A DNA stretch of 64,000 nucleotides, taken from Armatimonadota bacterium (GTDB lineage: Bacteria; Armatimonadota; SYMT01). The stretch spans positions 1,152,001 through 1,216,000 of the forward strand of contig JAWLHY010000001.1 of the NCBI GenBank assembly GCA_041690135.1. The letters are read 5' to 3'. The position numbers were made by a program, and so were the translations under genes. The notes beneath the pieces are model-generated. The model had not been told where the DNA came from, did not search any database, and saw only the letters and a program-made list of their open reading frames with translations. Positions 32,787 through 42,541 of this stretch are shown piece after piece; the stretch's first letter is position 1, and every line of letters starts with the position of its first letter.

Positions 32787-35231
32787 TTACCTTCGCAGGA
32801 GAAACTCTTTGCTGTTGAGGAGGACCCACAGCAGGTCTTCGTAGGCGGCACGGCGATCGGTGCGGGCGGCGATATACGCGCGGGCACTCGACAGGTCTTC
32901 CGCGGTGGGCGTCCGGGAGAGGGCGGTGAGGTAGAGCTCATTAATGATCTCCGGGTCCGGTTTCCCCGATGCGAGTAGTTGGCCGAGACGGTTCTCCGGC
33001 TTCCGCACCCGCTCTTCGATGACCGGGCCCGCTACCAGCGCGAACGATTGCCCGAGAGTCGGCTCGTTGGTTCGCTCGCACTCGCAGACCGACTCGCGCT
33101 GGTGCTGGCCGAAAAGGCGCAGGAAAGCGTGGCGATTCTTGGTCGGCGGCGGAGGCAGTTGGACCGCCCGTGTGCCCTTCGGCTGGCCGGCGAAGTTCTC
33201 CGGCACGCCCGTTACGTCGCTCACGGCATCCAGCAGCACCTCCGCCGGAAGCCTTTGCACAATGGCGCGGGAGAAGTAGCGCTCATCCTCCGAGTTGGTA
33301 ACGTTCGGCTCCGACGACACCTGGTAGGTGCGGCTGTTCATGATCGTCCGCACCAGGTGGCGCAGGTCGAAGCCGTGGGCGACGAAATCCTTCGTTAGGG
33401 CCTCGAACAACTCCGGATTGGACGGGGGGTTGGAGGCGCGCATGTCGTCCACCGGGTCGACCAACCCCTTGCCCATCACGTGGAACCAGATCCGGTTGAC
33501 CATCGCCCGCGCGAAGAAGGGGTTTTCCGGCGCGGTCAGCCACTCGGCCAGGGCCAGGCGACGATCTTCGGCGCGGGTGGCGTCGGGTTGGATGGAGGCG
33601 GGCTGGGGAATGGCGGGGCTGAGCAGGCGCGCCGGAACGACCTGGCGCGTGCGGGGATGCTCCACTTCGCCCTTCGTCGCGACCCCGATCACCTCTTCGC
33701 CGTTCAACTCATGCTTGTCGAAACGGTCTTTGCGGGTGAACTCCCCCTTCCGCTCGATTCGCGCGAAGAAGGCGGCGAAGGCGTAGAAGTCATCCTGCTT
33801 CCAGCGTTCGAACGGGTGGTTGTGGCACTTCGCGCACTGGAGCCGAGCTCCCATAAACACCTGGGCGGTCCCTTCGGCCAGATCGATCGGGTTGCGGGTG
33901 CGCCGATAGTAGTTGGTGGCGGGGTTGGCGTAGGTGCTCCCCGAGGCCGTAAGGAGTTCGCGAGCGAACTGGTCCAGCGGCTTCTTCTGTGCCAGGCTGG
34001 TCCGAATCCAGTCTCGATAGGCCACCCCACCCTTGGGGTCCAGCGAGCGCTCTTCCAGGCGCAGCACGTCGCTCCATTTCAGGGTCCAGTAGTCATCGAA
34101 CTCCGGCCGCTCCAGCAGGTCGTCCACAAGACGGGTGCGTGCCTTCAGGCTTCTCCTGCTCTCGGCCTCCCGGCTCCCCTGCGCGTTATTCGCCGTGCTA
34201 ACCCGACGCTCCGCAGCGCATTCTTCGAGGAAAGTCTTCACTTCCTCCGGCCGGGGGAGCCGGCCCAGGGTATCCAGGTAAGCGCGGCGCGCGAATTCCG
34301 CGTCGGTGGTCAGGCGGGAGGGTTGTAGACGCAAAAGTTTCAGGCGACGGTCGTTGACCTCATCGATCCAGTTGAAGGCCGGAAGCGCGGTCCAGGCGAA
34401 CTCCTTCCGGGCGGGTACCAGGGTGATGCGGACGTTCTCCATCTGGTCCGCGTACCCCACCAGCACCGTGGCATCCGTAGGCTGCCGGGCGGTCACGACA
34501 CCGTCCGGGGAAACCTCCAGGTTCGGATCGCCGGTGTTGTAATAGGCGAGACGGGCGACGTCGCGGGTGGTGCCGTCCGAGAAGCGGGCTCGCACCGAAA
34601 GGCGGACGGTCCGCTGGGGTTCGATGAGGATACGATCGCCCGGGCTCACCTCGAGCCGGACCAGGTCCGGTTCAGTTGGCGGGTCCACGGGCGCGCCGGC
34701 GGCGATCCAGGCGGCCACCGCCCGGTACTCCGCACTGGTGGTGTTGAACCGCATTCCGCCGCCATGCGGCACGGTGGAGGTGGCCTTGAGCAGCAGCAGG
34801 CTGCGACCGGGTTCCAGGCGGTTGATGCGCCGGCTGCCGCCGTGGCGGACGAGGATCGCCGCATCTCCTTCCGGGTCCTCACCCTTGAGCGAGAGCTTTA
34901 GCCCCCCGCGGCCCTCGGCGTTGCCGTGGCAGGTCCCCTGGTTACAGCCGGCCCGAGAGAGAAGGGGTAGCACGTCGTACCGGTAGGAAGGGGTGAACTC
35001 GGCCGGCGCAGGCTTTGGGGCGGCGGTGCGGGGCTGCGAAGGCTTCTTGACTGCCCTCGGCGTTGGCTTTACCGTTTGCTTCGCAAAACGGCTGGCCGGG
35101 GCCGCGATTGCCGGAGCGGCTGCCGCCAGCAGTATTACAGTGGGAAGCAAGCCGGATAGCCAGCGTAGGCGATCGTCGTTCGCGGAATTTGCGAGTGAAA
35201 GGCCCATGACACCCATCGTCTCTTGGATCAA
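32787..35231 (-). CDS. DUF1549/DUF1553 (PSCyt2/PSD1) planctomycete-type cytochrome-like protein
   Basis: GCNQGTCHG, FARRAYLD..GRLP, QCAKCHNHPFERW, NRIWFHVMGKGLV.P.DD, CECER, LLNSKEF; exact start uncertain. Confidence 0.88.
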   Translation of the reverse strand: MIQETMGVMGLSLANSANDDRLRWLSGLLPTVILLAAAAPAIAAPASRFAKQTVKPTPRAVKKPSQPRTAAPKPAPAEFTPSYRYDVLPLLSRAGCNQGTCHGNAEGRGGLKLSLKGEDPEGDAAILVRHGGSRRINRLEPGRSLLLLKATSTVPHGGGMRFNTTSAEYRAVAAWIAAGAPVDPPTEPDLVRLEVSPGDRILIEPQRTVRLSVRARFSDGTTRDVARLAYYNTGDPNLEVSPDGVVTARQPTDATVLVGYADQMENVRITLVPARKEFAWTALPAFNWIDEVNDRRLKLLRLQPSRLTTDAEFARRAYLDTLGRLPRPEEVKTFLEECAAERRVSTANNAQGSREAESRRSLKARTRLVDDLLERPEFDDYWTLKWSDVLRLEERSLDPKGGVAYRDWIRTSLAQKKPLDQFARELLTASGSTYANPATNYYRRTRNPIDLAEGTAQVFMGARLQCAKCHNHPFERWKQDDFYAFAAFFARIERKGEFTRKDRFDKHELNGEEVIGVATKGEVEHPRTRQVVPARLLSPAIPQPASIQPDATRAEDRRLALAEWLTAPENPFFARAMVNRIWFHVMGKGLVDPVDDMRASNPPSNPELFEALTKDFVAHGFDLRHLVRTIMNSRTYQVSSEPNVTNSEDERYFSRAIVQRLPAEVLLDAVSDVTGVPENFAGQPKGTRAVQLPPPPTKNRHAFLRLFGQHQRESVCECERTNEPTLGQSFALVAGPVIEERVRKPENRLGQLLASGKPDPEIINELYLTALSRTPTAEDLSSARAYIAARTDRRAAYEDLLWVLLNSKEFLLRR

Positions 35232-35310
35232 AGTAAACGCCAGGAGTTATGAGCCTCCGCCCGTGCGGAAGTTACAGGGACTGCGGCAACGCGGAAACCG
35301 GGTTGACCGT

Positions 35311-37116
35311 TTAGCGACCTCCCACCTGGGCGTGCCAGCCGGCCGCGTACGCTCCGCCCTGCGCGAGGAGTTCGGCATGCGTGCCGCTCTCGAGAATGCG
35401 GCCTTCGTCCATTACATGGATCACGTCGGCTCGCATCGCGGTGGTGAACCGGTGGGTGATCAGGATGGCGGTCCGTCCGCGCGCGAGGGAGAGGAAGCGT
35501 TCGAGCCAGTCCGCTTCCGCCCAGGCGTCCATGGCGCTGGTCGGCTCATCCAGGATGATGATTTCCGCGTCCCGGTAGAAGGCACGGGCGAGGGCGACGC
35601 GCTGCCATTCGCCGCCGCTTAACTCCATGCCCTTTGGGAACCACTTCCCCAGAATACTGTCGTATCCGGAAGGAAGCCGCTGGATCGGTCCATCCGCACC
35701 GGCCCGCTGGGCCGCTATGTGGACGCGTTCGGCGGAAGCGGGCTGGGCGATTTCGCTGAACCGGATGTTCTCGCTGACCGTGGCGCTGTACTGCACGGGC
35801 GCCTGGAACATGACGGTGATCTTCCGGCGCAACTCGTCGGTCGACAGGTCGCGGAGGTCCACACCGTCCAGCTCGATGCTGCCCGCATCCGGTTCGTAGA
35901 GCCGGCACAGGAGCTTGATGAGCGTGCTCTTGCCTGCGCCGTTGGAGCCGACGATCGCGGTCACCTTGCCGGCGGGGAAGTGGAGATTGAAGCGGTGCAG
36001 CGCCTCCGCATCCGCGCCCGGGTAGCGGAAGGTCACCTCGCGAAAGCAGAGCCCTTCGGCCAGGGTGGCCGGAACCGGACGGGGATGCTCCGGTTTCGTG
36101 ACGGAAGGGCGCAGCGACAGGAAATCGAAGAGATAGCCGAGGTAGAGGGTGTTGGCGTAAATGTTCCGGATACCCTCGAAGAACCCGTGCATCACCCGCT
36201 GGCCCTGGGTGAACGCGCCGAAGAAGAGGGCCAGGTCCCCCAGGGTGATCTCACCGGCGACGGCGCGGCGGAGCATCATCGCCGCGGGCCACGCGGCCAC
36301 GGCCAGTCCCACGCCTACCGCGGCGATCTGGGCCACCCCCTGCTCCCGCGCGAGTCCGAGACGCTCGTTCCGCAGCTTCGACCGGGTCTGCTGGTAACCG
36401 GAGCGGAAGTGATCGCCCAGGCTGAACAGGCGGAGCTCGGCGGCCGCTTCGCGGCAGGTGAGAACCCACTCGTAGTACCAGGCCTTCCGTTCTTCCACGG
36501 TGACCCGGCTCCGCCACTGGTGCTGGCGCAGGCTATACACCAGCACCACCCCCAACAACGGGATTCCGCTTAAGCCAAGCATAACCGGGATCCACCAACC
36601 GAACGGAAGCAGCGTCAATACGATAGCGGCCGTGGTCAACCCATGCTGGAGCAGGGCGCCCAGGCCTTCGAGTACGGCCACGGGACGCTGCGGCGCCTCG
36701 TAACGGGCCCGGTGCAGCTTGTCGAAGTATTCGGGGCTTTCGTAGAAGCTGTAATCCACGGCCACGGCCTGGGCATGGATCAGGCCGGCCACCGTATCGT
36801 GTACGCGCTCCGCCTGGCCGGTACGCACCCACTCCCCTACTGCCCGGGCCACTTCGGTCAGCAGGAAGAGGCTCCCTACCCCCACCGCCAGTAACAGCAC
36901 CTGGTCGACCGGAAAAGCCGTTCCCGGCTCGCGTGCGCTCACCAGCGCGTTCACCAGCCGCCGGGTCAGGAGCAGGCTGAAGACCGGCAGCAGGCCCTGG
37001 ACCACCAGCAGCGCCAGCCAGGCGATGGTCCAGCCCCGGGCGGCATTCCAGACCAGTTGGAGCGCACGGGGAACGTACGGCAACTGGGAGACCGCGGCGA
37101 GAAAACGCTCTCTCAT
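35311..37116 (-). CDS. ABC transporter, fused permease/ATPase (RiPP exporter)
   Basis: TM domain plus GSNGAGKST, LSGGEWQRVALARA, LDEPTS; ATGA-coupled to the upstream gene. Confidence 0.92.
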   Translation of the reverse strand: MRERFLAAVSQLPYVPRALQLVWNAARGWTIAWLALLVVQGLLPVFSLLLTRRLVNALVSAREPGTAFPVDQVLLLAVGVGSLFLLTEVARAVGEWVRTGQAERVHDTVAGLIHAQAVAVDYSFYESPEYFDKLHRARYEAPQRPVAVLEGLGALLQHGLTTAAIVLTLLPFGWWIPVMLGLSGIPLLGVVLVYSLRQHQWRSRVTVEERKAWYYEWVLTCREAAAELRLFSLGDHFRSGYQQTRSKLRNERLGLAREQGVAQIAAVGVGLAVAAWPAAMMLRRAVAGEITLGDLALFFGAFTQGQRVMHGFFEGIRNIYANTLYLGYLFDFLSLRPSVTKPEHPRPVPATLAEGLCFREVTFRYPGADAEALHRFNLHFPAGKVTAIVGSNGAGKSTLIKLLCRLYEPDAGSIELDGVDLRDLSTDELRRKITVMFQAPVQYSATVSENIRFSEIAQPASAERVHIAAQRAGADGPIQRLPSGYDSILGKWFPKGMELSGGEWQRVALARAFYRDAEIIILDEPTSAMDAWAEADWLERFLSLARGRTAILITHRFTTAMRADVIHVMDEGRILESGTHAELLAQGGAYAAGWHAQVGGR

Positions 37117-38324
37117 CGGGCGCCGGCTCGTCCAGTAAGGGCTCGGATTGCCGCTGTTGCCGCTCCACGCACCGCCACCCGCACTCCCGTAGCCAGGTGG
37201 CGGCCGTAATAGGGGAGCAGGAAGGCGTCGTCGCCCAGGTGGTAGCGATAACGCATATAGCCGGGCGCGGGAAGCAGCATTCGGACGAGATAAGCCGCTT
37301 GCGAACCCAGGTCCGGCAGTTCGCGTACCCGCAGGAGCCGGGTGAGATAATAGCGCGCGTGATCCACATCCGGTACATCGGTGGAAGGCGGGTGGACCTC
37401 CAGCATCCGACGGAGGTCGATCGGTCTGGCGGCGGCAATTCCCTTTGGCAGTGCGAGGCCCCAGTAGTGACGCAGCGTGGCGAGGACCAGAGCCATCTCT
37501 CGAGCCACCCCCCAGCGACCCGCCGTCCGTTGAATGCTGAGCCAATCGAGGGAATGCGTCGTCGCCATTTCCAGGATATCCACCAGGCTCTTCAGAGGGG
37601 CGAAGCCGGTCTCTAGATGCTTGACGTAATGCACGGCCGTGTGAATGAGGAAGTGCTCCGGACACAGCAACCAGATGCCGGGAGCCGGGTACCCCACCGG
37701 TACCGCCGACCGCCACACTTCCGCCAGCACGACTTCGCGACGGGCGCGTCGCATCAGGTTGACGTGCAACTCTACCGGAAAGCTATCCGGGCGGACGAAA
37801 GGTGCCAGGTGTTCCCTCCGACGTTCGATCAACAGCGCTTCTGCCCGCGATTTGCGGGGCCGGCTTTGCTCCGTGCTGTGGTAGCCGAGATCCGCGAGCA
37901 CCTGTGCTACGACCGATGCACTGTCCGGCTCCACCAGGATATCCAGATCATCCAGCCGGCGCAGACAAAGGGAGCCGTAAACGCTGAAGAGGGCAGCCGC
38001 GCCCTTGAGCGCCAGTACGCGGGTACCGGCGGCAGCCACGGCCTTGCCAAGTTCCTCCAACTGTCGCAGGGCGCAGACGTTTCTAGCGCCCTGGGTAAGA
38101 TGGGCGAATTGCCAGCCTGCCAGCAGTTCGTCCGGACAATCGGTTCGCATGGTCCGGGACGCCCACTCCGACAGGCGCGGGACCAACCCGTGGAGTTCCG
38201 CTGCCGCATCGACCGCCTTCCACTGTTCTGCCGATAAAGCGGACGGCGCACCCCCGCCGTCCGCGGGTACGCAGATGCTCAGAAGCGCGCGGGCTATCGG
38301 GTCCTCACTCAGCACCTTTCCCAT
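37113..38324 (-). CDS. Nucleotidyltransferase family protein (NTP_transf_5-like)
   Basis: HGLVP, LALKGAAA, RRLDDLDILV, VELH motifs; start MGKVLSE overlaps the B2 stop. Confidence 0.82.
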   Translation of the reverse strand: MGKVLSEDPIARALLSICVPADGGGAPSALSAEQWKAVDAAAELHGLVPRLSEWASRTMRTDCPDELLAGWQFAHLTQGARNVCALRQLEELGKAVAAAGTRVLALKGAAALFSVYGSLCLRRLDDLDILVEPDSASVVAQVLADLGYHSTEQSRPRKSRAEALLIERRREHLAPFVRPDSFPVELHVNLMRRARREVVLAEVWRSAVPVGYPAPGIWLLCPEHFLIHTAVHYVKHLETGFAPLKSLVDILEMATTHSLDWLSIQRTAGRWGVAREMALVLATLRHYWGLALPKGIAAARPIDLRRMLEVHPPSTDVPDVDHARYYLTRLLRVRELPDLGSQAAYLVRMLLPAPGYMRYRYHLGDDAFLLPYYGRHLATGVRVAVRGAATAAIRALTGRAGAR

Positions 38325-38851
38325 CACGCCTTCTCCGCGCCGGGAAGGAACCGGTCCAGCGCGTCGATCCGGTTTCCGTCGGCATCGAACGCCACGACCG
38401 GCACGAAACCGGCGAGTGTTTCTTCCGGTTCGCTTACGGGCTCGTCCTGGACGCACACCCAGGCGTGCCAGGAGGTTGCCGTTTCGCCCAACTTGGCGCC
38501 GACGACCAGTTGGGCTGGTAGCCGCTTCCGCAGAAGCAAAAAGTAGAGTGTAAGGCTGCGCTCCAGGCAGCGCCCTCCAGCACTCCGGGAGAGCGGCTTG
38601 AACATGAGCCAGGCGAGCTTCACCGCCAGGCGTCGTTCGCAGGCGAGTTTGGGGGTCCGGCCGGCCACGCGAGCTACCGCGGGAACCAGACGGGTCAGGG
38701 GAATCCAGCGCTTCAGGCAAGGCATGACCAGGCGCAGCAGCGCCACCTGAGCAGCCAGACCCCACTGCCGCTGCGGAGCGACACAGTCCTGCAGCGCGCG
38801 GATGCGGTGGCGAGTACGGTAGGCGGGGGTGACGAGTAACGCGTGGATCAT
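38324..38851 (-). CDS. Lasso peptide leader peptidase (B2, transglutaminase-like)
   Basis: CLERSL catalytic Cys, LVVG, HAWV catalytic His. Confidence 0.88.
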   Translation of the reverse strand: MIHALLVTPAYRTRHRIRALQDCVAPQRQWGLAAQVALLRLVMPCLKRWIPLTRLVPAVARVAGRTPKLACERRLAVKLAWLMFKPLSRSAGGRCLERSLTLYFLLLRKRLPAQLVVGAKLGETATSWHAWVCVQDEPVSEPEETLAGFVPVVAFDADGNRIDALDRFLPGAEKA

Positions 38852-39702
38852 GCCGCCCCCTCCTCTGCTCGCAGGCTGGCTTGGGCTACCATTTCGACCA
38901 GTTCCGGCAGATGTTCGAAACCGGGAGTGAAGCGTACGGAATAGACCGGAACCGTGTCCGCCAGCGTGAGATAGTGGTCGATCATACCCACCTTCCGCTG
39001 GTTATCATCCAGGTCGAAACAGTAAGCGTGTTCCAGCAGGGCCGGAAAGGCTTCCGCGGCGGACAGGCGTTGCAGCCGTACTGGGCAGATCGAGTCAGAG
39101 GACTCTTCCCGCTGAAGCACGCAGACGGCGGCAAGCGGAAGATCCTTCGACCCACCTGATTCCTGGTACCACTCCGCCGAGAACGAGTTCGCCGACTCGC
39201 CGAAGTAGGCGCGAGAAGCCGCGCGCAGGCGGAGGGTGAACGGCAGTGACGCGACCCGCGGGGTACCTTCCCCCTGGCGGATCACCACGGCATCGTCGGC
39301 CCACACCGGAAAGCCCGCTCGACCCAGGGCGTAGGCGAGGGTCGACTTGCCGGTCCCGGAGACGGCACAGATGGCCAGCACTCCTCGCGAGCCGATAACG
39401 GCACTGGCATGGAGCGCTTCACAGCCCATAGACTGCAGCACCAGGGGCAACACCGAGTGAAAGAAGGTCTCCCGGATGGCTCCAAGATCTGCCCCCTGCG
39501 TTGGAGTGGCCGTCACAACGCTGCCGTTGAGTGTGTAAGTGTAGGTAGCCAGCCCGGGAAAGTCGATCCGACGTCCATCTTCGCACACCCAACCGTAGGC
39601 GCACACCTCTCCGTCGCTGTCGCGCCACTCTCCCACGGGACGACCCTGCGGGATGGGAAACGATCTCGAAAGGAGCGTTTGTTCAATCGTTAGTTCCAAC
39701 AT
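38848..39702 (-). CDS. HPr-kinase-like RiPP kinase
   Basis: ALHASAV, SGTGKSTLA, WADDAV motifs as in lasso peptide kinases. Confidence 0.85.
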   Translation of the reverse strand: MLELTIEQTLLSRSFPIPQGRPVGEWRDSDGEVCAYGWVCEDGRRIDFPGLATYTYTLNGSVVTATPTQGADLGAIRETFFHSVLPLVLQSMGCEALHASAVIGSRGVLAICAVSGTGKSTLAYALGRAGFPVWADDAVVIRQGEGTPRVASLPFTLRLRAASRAYFGESANSFSAEWYQESGGSKDLPLAAVCVLQREESSDSICPVRLQRLSAAEAFPALLEHAYCFDLDDNQRKVGMIDHYLTLADTVPVYSVRFTPGFEHLPELVEMVAQASLRAEEGAA

Positions 39703-39782
39703 GGCTTTCTGGATGATCCCGGTATGGGGCGGGCGGGTGAACAGCCAGGATGCTGCCCCGACTGTCACCCGCCCGCGTAGTC

Positions 39783-39944
39783 CTATCTGAGCTCGATTCC
39801 TCGCGGCTTTCGCGGTTCACCGGGATCGCCACCCGTCAGGCTGAGCTTGCCTCCGCCTTGCTGGACGATTTCGCCAACGTGACCGACGTAGGTGAGTTTC
39901 ATCGGCTCCCAATGCTTGGGAGTCTGGTTCTGCTGCTGGTCCAT
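39783..39944 (-). CDS. RiPP (lasso-like) precursor peptide, 53 aa: MDQQQNQTPKHWEPMKLTYVGHVGEIVQQGGGKLSLTGGDPGEPRKPRGIELR
   Basis: Small ORF between cyclase and kinase; purine-rich RBS; W-x-x-x-x-L-x-x-x-G RRE-binding leader; Gly-rich core with Asp/Glu. Confidence 0.85.
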   Translation of the reverse strand: MDQQQNQTPKHWEPMKLTYVGHVGEIVQQGGGKLSLTGGDPGEPRKPRGIELR

Positions 39945-39970
39945 TTTCTCGACCCTTTCTTTTCGCGGGA

Positions 39971-41920
39971 TTAGGAGCGTGAGCGGACCCACGCTTCCAG
40001 GTTCAGGACATTCCAGGCCAGTTGTGCATACCGGACCGGGGCGCCTGAAATCTGCTGACTGAGAATCTCTTCGAGTGCGGCCGGTTCGACCACGCCATGG
40101 TCGGCGAGCGCCTGGATGCCGCCCATTCGTTTCCACTGCTGTCCGGCATCGTGAAGAATGCGGGTGGTGAAGAAACTGGTCGCCAGGGCTTTCTTCTGCC
40201 GGCGGAAGCCCTGTCCGGGAAAGCGGCGTTCCAGTGATTCGCGCACCAACCCCTTGCTCCGGTTGCCCCGGTTGAGCACGTCCGGGGGGATGCGGCAGAG
40301 CAGGTCCACCAGGTCGGGGTCCCAGTACGGCTGAGCGTAGCGCGCCCCGATGCGCCGAGAGGCCGTGAACGTCTCCTCCATTTCCAGGGCGATGAGCGGG
40401 TGATCCAGCGTTACGCGGAGTTCCCGAAGGTAGAAGCTCTCCGACTCCGGCTCGGCCGCTGCTGCCGCGGCGATCAGTTGCAGCCGTTCGTCCAGGTCGC
40501 GGCGGAGGTCCAGGTCGGGTGCCAGCCACCCGGGTAGGGCCCGGGCGGCGCGCTGTTTCGCCCGGCGCTCGGAGACCGCCGGAAGGTACGTTTGCACTCC
40601 TTGCGCCAGGGCCGCGCGGGCTCGAGACCGCTTCCAGTATTCGCGGAGAACGGGTCGCAGCCCAAAGGTCCAGAGGACGGCCCGGAGCATGTCCAGTCGG
40701 GCTACCTCGTAGGACCGGTGATTGCTGCGCCAGAGACGATAAAGCCCAAGGAAGTTGAACTCCCGCACCAGGTCGGCGGCGAGTACCGGCGTCACGCCCA
40801 GCCACTCGTCGCCGCCGGCTCCGGTCAGGATGGTGCGACAACCGTTCTCCACGGCCTGGTCTCCGAGGCGCAGATAGGCGGGGAGCCAGAAACTGAGCAG
40901 TGGCGACGGCATGTGGCCCGTGAGTTCCAGAGCCGCTTCCATCAGGTTGCGGTGTCCCGCAGCTTCCTGGATCGGCAGGATCACCTGCGGCAGGTTGAGA
41001 TCGGAGGCGACACCCCGCTGGATCTGCTCTTCGTTGCAGTCTTCATGGGGAAAGACGAGAGAGAAGGCGTGGGGCACCGGAAGCCCCCGTCGCCGGCACG
41101 CCGCCGAGGCTACTGCCGCCACACTGACGCTGTCCAGACCGCCGCTAAGGTAGATTCCTGTTGGGCCGAAACTGATGGACCGCTCGACCACCTGGTCCAG
41201 CAGCGCGTCGAATTGCTCAAGAGCCCCCTCACGCACCCAGTTCACGCGGGTTCCGAGCGGGGCCGGGTCCCAGTAGCGCCGGTAGGTCTCCGTTCGTCCC
41301 TGAATCGCCATGACGTGGCCCGGCGGCACTCTCCGGACGCTCTCATAGAATGTTTCATCCACCTTCGGCCACCGGTGACGCAGGTGGTCCGCGATGGCGG
41401 CGCGGTTGATGCGTTGCGACGCGCCGGGGCTTTGCGTTAGGGCTTCGATGGCGCAGGCGAACCGCACTTCATCGCCCACCCGGGCGTGAAAGAGCGGGGT
41501 GCTGCCCAGCGGGTCCCGCGTGGCTAGAAGCCGGTTCTCCCGAGCGTCATGCACCAGGACCGCGAAGGCTCCTCGAAGCCGGGCGAAGCAGTCCTCGCCC
41601 CACCGGCGGTAGCCCTCCAGGACAATGGAAGCGGCATCAGCACGCGAGGCGCCTTCGAGTTGGAGTTCGCGCGCCAGCGCCTCGCGGTTGTAGAGCGTCC
41701 CCAGCCAGAACACGCGGATCCGGTTGGTGCACGCCTCTTCCCAGGCGGTCCAATCCGGAGCTGATGCCGGAGTTGCTGTGCCGGTAGGACGTGTCGGAGT
41801 GCCAGGGCGGCCGACCAGAACCAGCGGGTCCTGGGGTTGTGACGGCCGGAAGGCAACCCAGGGCTCACCCTGGGGAGTGGCGGCGCGTGGCGGCAAACTG
41901 ATGGATGCGGCGACCGTCAT
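39971..41920 (-). CDS. Lasso cyclase / asparagine synthetase-like protein (C)
   Basis: GTLYNR, LRGAFA, RDPLG..PLF, LSGGLDS, LTGAGGDE; no N-terminal catalytic Cys of a true AsnB. Confidence 0.9.
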   Translation of the reverse strand: MTVAASISLPPRAATPQGEPWVAFRPSQPQDPLVLVGRPGTPTRPTGTATPASAPDWTAWEEACTNRIRVFWLGTLYNREALARELQLEGASRADAASIVLEGYRRWGEDCFARLRGAFAVLVHDARENRLLATRDPLGSTPLFHARVGDEVRFACAIEALTQSPGASQRINRAAIADHLRHRWPKVDETFYESVRRVPPGHVMAIQGRTETYRRYWDPAPLGTRVNWVREGALEQFDALLDQVVERSISFGPTGIYLSGGLDSVSVAAVASAACRRRGLPVPHAFSLVFPHEDCNEEQIQRGVASDLNLPQVILPIQEAAGHRNLMEAALELTGHMPSPLLSFWLPAYLRLGDQAVENGCRTILTGAGGDEWLGVTPVLAADLVREFNFLGLYRLWRSNHRSYEVARLDMLRAVLWTFGLRPVLREYWKRSRARAALAQGVQTYLPAVSERRAKQRAARALPGWLAPDLDLRRDLDERLQLIAAAAAAEPESESFYLRELRVTLDHPLIALEMEETFTASRRIGARYAQPYWDPDLVDLLCRIPPDVLNRGNRSKGLVRESLERRFPGQGFRRQKKALATSFFTTRILHDAGQQWKRMGGIQALADHGVVEPAALEEILSQQISGAPVRYAQLAWNVLNLEAWVRSRS

Positions 41921-41921
41921 G

Positions 41922-42194
41922 TCAGGCCCTCCGCACCAGGTCGTTCTGGATCAGTTGCTCCAGCGTGGTTTCGACTTCACGGCGGAGCTCGCTCTCATCC
42001 ACCTGGTATTCGCCCTGGAGGCGAGACGGGATCAACTCCGGTGCTACTCCGGCCTGCGTCAGCTCCCAGAGGCGCCCCGCCGTCTCGTTCAGTCCGTATA
42101 TCCGGTTGGTTTCCAGGTGAACCAGGACCGTTTCGGCACCCACCCGGCGCGCGACGACCGCCGGGTTGGCGTACACTCGCTGCTGAAGATCCAT
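41922..42194 (-). CDS. PqqD-like RiPP recognition element (B1/RRE)
   Basis: VVARRVGAETVLVHLETNRIYGLNETAGRLWELT...L.GEYQVD...L...L.QNDLV. Confidence 0.9.
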   Translation of the reverse strand: MDLQQRVYANPAVVARRVGAETVLVHLETNRIYGLNETAGRLWELTQAGVAPELIPSRLQGEYQVDESELRREVETTLEQLIQNDLVRRA

Positions 42195-42541
42195 GAAAAC
42201 CCCTCTCCACGGCGCATCGCGACGCCGTCTCGTCTTGCCAAACGACCTGACCACTCGGAGCCGACCGATCGATCGACTGCCGAGCCGTACTGCGTCCGTC
42301 ACAGGTCGGATAGGAGGATCGGTGGATTGGGGCTAAACTAGGGGTGAGACCGGCACCTGTCTGTCTCACCACGGTCGGAGGGCTCCCCCAAGCTCTCCGG
42401 CCGTCCCCTCTTCCGTTCTCCGTTCGGGTCATTCCCAGGGTGGAGAGATCCAAACCCCTAAGGTAGGACAATTCACGGGGGGCTTCGTCCGGGCTACGGC
42501 CAGGCTAGGGTCATGCTTGAGCGGAGAGCTTACAGAAACGC

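Noticed and set aside
39945-40841. Long N-terminal part of the 352-aa ORF 39783-40841
   Set aside because: It is an out-of-frame overlap with the cyclase; only the last 53 codons, with their own RBS and ATG, form the precursor.
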